Both the position numbers and the translations under genes were made by a program. A stretch of DNA of 64,000 bases. Origin: a phage. The stretch's first letter is position 1. Each line of letters opens with the position of its first letter. The stretch is taken from the NCBI GenBank assembly GCA_010671865.1, contig GCA_010671865.1_4083.1. One strand, written 5' to 3'. A model generated the notes under the pieces. The model was given only the letters and a program-made list of their open reading frames with translations. It was not told where the DNA came from and made no database searches. This document shows positions 61,509 through 64,000 of this stretch, one piece after another.

Positions 61509-62657
61509 ATGTTACCTTTTGTAAGAATGATGAATTATGGGAATATTGCCCCTGGTAAGGATAGGCGTTTTAAAATATATTCAAGTGATTCTATGTATCT
61601 TCATGATACTTATACTAATAAGTTGTATGCATCTTCTTCGACGAATTGGGGTACTGGTACAGGTGTAGCATCGAGTAAATTTATTCTTTGTGCGGAGAAT
61701 GTTAAACGAGTTCTATTGGAAGATAACAGTAGTAGGTGTCAATTGTATGAAGAGAAAGGTACTGGAAAAGTTTTTATCACTGGTAACACGAAGGCATTCA
61801 CTGGTGTAACTGATACAAAAACTTTGTGGACGGACTGTACTACGTGGATAACATCAGGTGGTATTAATGTTTCTGATATAAAATACATGAGTAGTTTTAA
61901 TGATATGAAGGTGAATTTGATAACAAACGATGGTACGTTGTATTGTTGTGGAGTTAACAATAACTCGAACCTATCATCATTTGGTGATGGTACAAACATT
62001 AATTCTTTTAACACATTCAAAAGGGTAGATACTATAACTTCGGTTAAAAAGGCAGTTGGTAACATATACCTAAAAGAAGATAATACTTTATGGGGTTGTG
62101 GTTTTAACTATTACTATCAGTTAGGTACAGGTAATCAAACTTCTATTACTGGGGTGACGATGATTGCTTCGGATGTTATAGATTTTGATGTAAGTTATCA
62201 AAGTACATTTTTTATTAAATCGGATAATAATTTGTACGCTTGTGGTAAACAGTTCGGTGCACAATACGGGAACGAATTTGGCACAGGTGGTACTTCTTCA
62301 TCTACCGATATACAATACAAAACTCCGACATTATTGAGTTCAGGAGTTTATACTCTATATACGTGTGTTAGTAACATGGCATCACATATAGCTAAAGGTG
62401 ATGAAGTTCTATACGCATCTGGGTCGAATGGATTTGGTCAATTAGGTGTTGGTAATAATATTAATCAGTACTCATATACTCCTTCGTATACTTCGTTTAA
62501 TAGTTCGTGTAATTTGGTACGCACTCCATCTGGTTCACTTATACTTACGGACACTGAGCAATTATATTATTGTGGGTATGCTATGGTAGTAATGGGGGGA
62601 ATTGCTGGACAAAACATTCTTAGTTATACAGAAGTTGATATGTCATTTATACAATGA
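61509..62657 (+). CDS. RCC1-like repeat (beta-propeller) protein, paralog 5
   Basis: 382-aa ORF; N-term MLPFVRMMNYGNIAPG. Confidence 0.65.
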   Translation: MLPFVRMMNYGNIAPGKDRRFKIYSSDSMYLHDTYTNKLYASSSTNWGTGTGVASSKFILCAENVKRVLLEDNSSRCQLYEEKGTGKVFITGNTKAFTGVTDTKTLWTDCTTWITSGGINVSDIKYMSSFNDMKVNLITNDGTLYCCGVNNNSNLSSFGDGTNINSFNTFKRVDTITSVKKAVGNIYLKEDNTLWGCGFNYYYQLGTGNQTSITGVTMIASDVIDFDVSYQSTFFIKSDNNLYACGKQFGAQYGNEFGTGGTSSSTDIQYKTPTLLSSGVYTLYTCVSNMASHIAKGDEVLYASGSNGFGQLGVGNNINQYSYTPSYTSFNSSCNLVRTPSGSLILTDTEQLYYCGYAMVVMGGIAGQNILSYTEVDMSFIQ

Positions 62658-62663
62658 TTTAAT

Positions 62664-62693
62664 GCCAGTACTTGATACTGGCTTTCTTATTTG
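62664..62693 (+). terminator. intrinsic terminator between RCC1-like paralogs
   Basis: GCCAGTActtgaTACTGGC hairpin then TTTCTTATTTG. Confidence 0.6.
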
Positions 62694-62728
62694 TATTAAA
62701 TATAGTATAATGAATAAAGGAGGAATTT

Positions 62729-63916
62729 ATGTTACCTTTTGCAAGAATGATGAATTATGGGAATATTGCCCCAGTACCACTTCAAATTAAGAAAATAATC
62801 CCAACTGATTTAGATGTTGTGGTTCTGTATACGGATGGTCAACTATATGCACGTGGGAATAATAGTTTTGGGAAATTCGGTAGAGGAAACAACACTGCAT
62901 TAAAATCATGGACATTAATTAGAGAAAACGTTAACGATTGCTGGCTTACACAAGGAACTTTATTAGTAAAAGACAATGACTCAAATTATTATTACTGTGG
63001 ATATGGTAGTCATATTGGTTTATCAACTAGTACTACTACGTTTTTAAGTTATAACCAATATATTCAAAATTTGTACACACAAAGTTCAAGTACTTCAATT
63101 AAACAGATGTATGGAGGTACTACGTGGTTTACTTTCTTAATGGACAATAATACAATATGGAGTACAGGGTGGAACAGTGCTAGACAATTCGCCGATGGAA
63201 CGGGAACTACTTATGAAATAACCGATGGTTCATTTGTAAAAGCGGTCACACCTAATGTTGATATTGCACAAATACAGTCAACAAATAACTGTGTATTGTT
63301 GTTTGATAAACAAAATAATTTATATATTGGTGGTGTTACATCCGGTATAAGTTCCGCGACTACATGGACTTCATATAATCAATATACTTTATATCAACCA
63401 AATACAACATACACAAAAACGTTACAATACACAGGATGCTCAACTGGTGCAGTAAGTGCTTTAGTTGAAAATCCAAATACAGGAGCACGTCAGTTCCTTG
63501 TCGGTGGGTTAGCTAATAATGGGGCATGGGGAAATAACACTACATCTAGCTCTGTTAATGGAGTTTTAGGAAATAACAGTACGACGTTACCACCCGGTAC
63601 TTTGTATTCAATTCATACTGGATACCCACCACAATCTAGTATACTAATTACGAGTACTGGTGTATATGCAACTGGTTTAAATGCCAGTAGTTATGCTGGT
63701 TCATTGGGTATTGGTACTAGTGCAACTGTTGGTAAGTTTACTGCATGTCCAATGCCTACACAAATAACATATTCTATGTATGATAAAATAAAAATATATA
63801 GAGGTTCATATCGTACATTTCTAACTGATATGAAAAATATATATTCAACCGGAACTTATGATGATGGTGGTCCTAGTACAACTAGATATGTACTAGATAC
63901 ACCCCGACAATTATAA
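62729..63916 (+). CDS. RCC1-like repeat (beta-propeller) protein, paralog 6
   Basis: 395-aa ORF; N-term MLPFARMMNYGNIAPV. Confidence 0.65.
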   Translation: MLPFARMMNYGNIAPVPLQIKKIIPTDLDVVVLYTDGQLYARGNNSFGKFGRGNNTALKSWTLIRENVNDCWLTQGTLLVKDNDSNYYYCGYGSHIGLSTSTTTFLSYNQYIQNLYTQSSSTSIKQMYGGTTWFTFLMDNNTIWSTGWNSARQFADGTGTTYEITDGSFVKAVTPNVDIAQIQSTNNCVLLFDKQNNLYIGGVTSGISSATTWTSYNQYTLYQPNTTYTKTLQYTGCSTGAVSALVENPNTGARQFLVGGLANNGAWGNNTTSSSVNGVLGNNSTTLPPGTLYSIHTGYPPQSSILITSTGVYATGLNASSYAGSLGIGTSATVGKFTACPMPTQITYSMYDKIKIYRGSYRTFLTDMKNIYSTGTYDDGGPSTTRYVLDTPRQL

Positions 63917-63923
63917 TATAATA

Positions 63924-63953
63924 GCCAGTACTTTGTACTGGCTTTCTTATTTG
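63924..63953 (+). terminator. intrinsic terminator between RCC1-like paralogs
   Basis: GCCAGTACtttGTACTGGC hairpin then TTTCTTATTTG; approximate. Confidence 0.55.
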
Positions 63954-63987
63954 TATTAAATATAGTATAATGAATAAAGGAGGAATT

Positions 63988-64000
63988 ATGTTACCTTTTG
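63988..64000 (+). CDS. RCC1-like paralog 7 (first 4 codons only; runs off window end)
   Basis: identical cassette then ATGTTACCTTTTG (MLPF...). Confidence 0.5.

Noticed and set aside
1-64000. Prophage or integrative-element hallmarks (integrase, att sites, transposase, toxin-antitoxin pairs)
   Set aside because: None was recognisable by motif; the organisation looks like a virulent phage early region, not an integrated island.

Overview
AT-rich, extremely gene-dense window that reads like the early / host-takeover and accessory region of a large virulent bacteriophage; no rRNA, tRNA, CRISPR array, integrase or transposase was recognised. Roughly 1-56.5 kb is transcribed almost entirely leftward (minus strand); at ~56.6 kb a divergent promoter region switches to rightward genes. 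Five blocks: (i) 0.3-25.5 kb, about 60 tightly packed minus-strand genes of 100-220 aa, some 45 of which share a mid-protein motif [D/E]-E-x-[FYLM]-F-Q-x-S-[TL]-[VIL]-[FYWH] ('FQ-motif superfamily'), with gene-fragment duplications; (ii) 25.5-31.9 kb, a tandem array of 29 small paralogs (~65-90 aa) with C-terminal motif L-G-T-[ND]-Y-Q-E (family B), plus 4 outliers at 10.2-10.6 and 23.8-24.2 kb; (iii) 32-50.3 kb, about 50 small singleton genes, most with their own sigma70-like promoter (TTGCAA/TTGACA-16/17-TATAAT) followed by a conserved 5'-leader hairpin (GGGGAGAAA...TTTCTCCCC) and strong RBS, separated by recurring hairpin terminators; includes a DksA/TraR-type zinc-finger protein, a kinase-like protein and several paralog pairs; (iv) 50.3-52.15 kb, a ~1.9 kb non-coding region with plus-strand promoters, tandem octamer and heptamer direct repeats and hairpins (candidate origin or regulatory hub); (v) 52.15-56.55 kb, a second tandem array of ~20 small paralogs (~60 aa, family C), then 56.66-64.0 kb, at least 8 rightward paralogous genes for ~380-430-aa RCC1-like repeat (beta-propeller) proteins, each with an invariant N-terminal peptide MLPF[AG]RM[VM][KN]YGNI[AV]P and near-identical terminator-promoter-RBS cassettes; that array continues past the window end. 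All calls rest on reading the sequence and the supplied ORF track; no database search was possible. Start codons are provisional; small ORFs under 60 aa were hand-translated and their coordinates are approximate (+/-1-3 nt).
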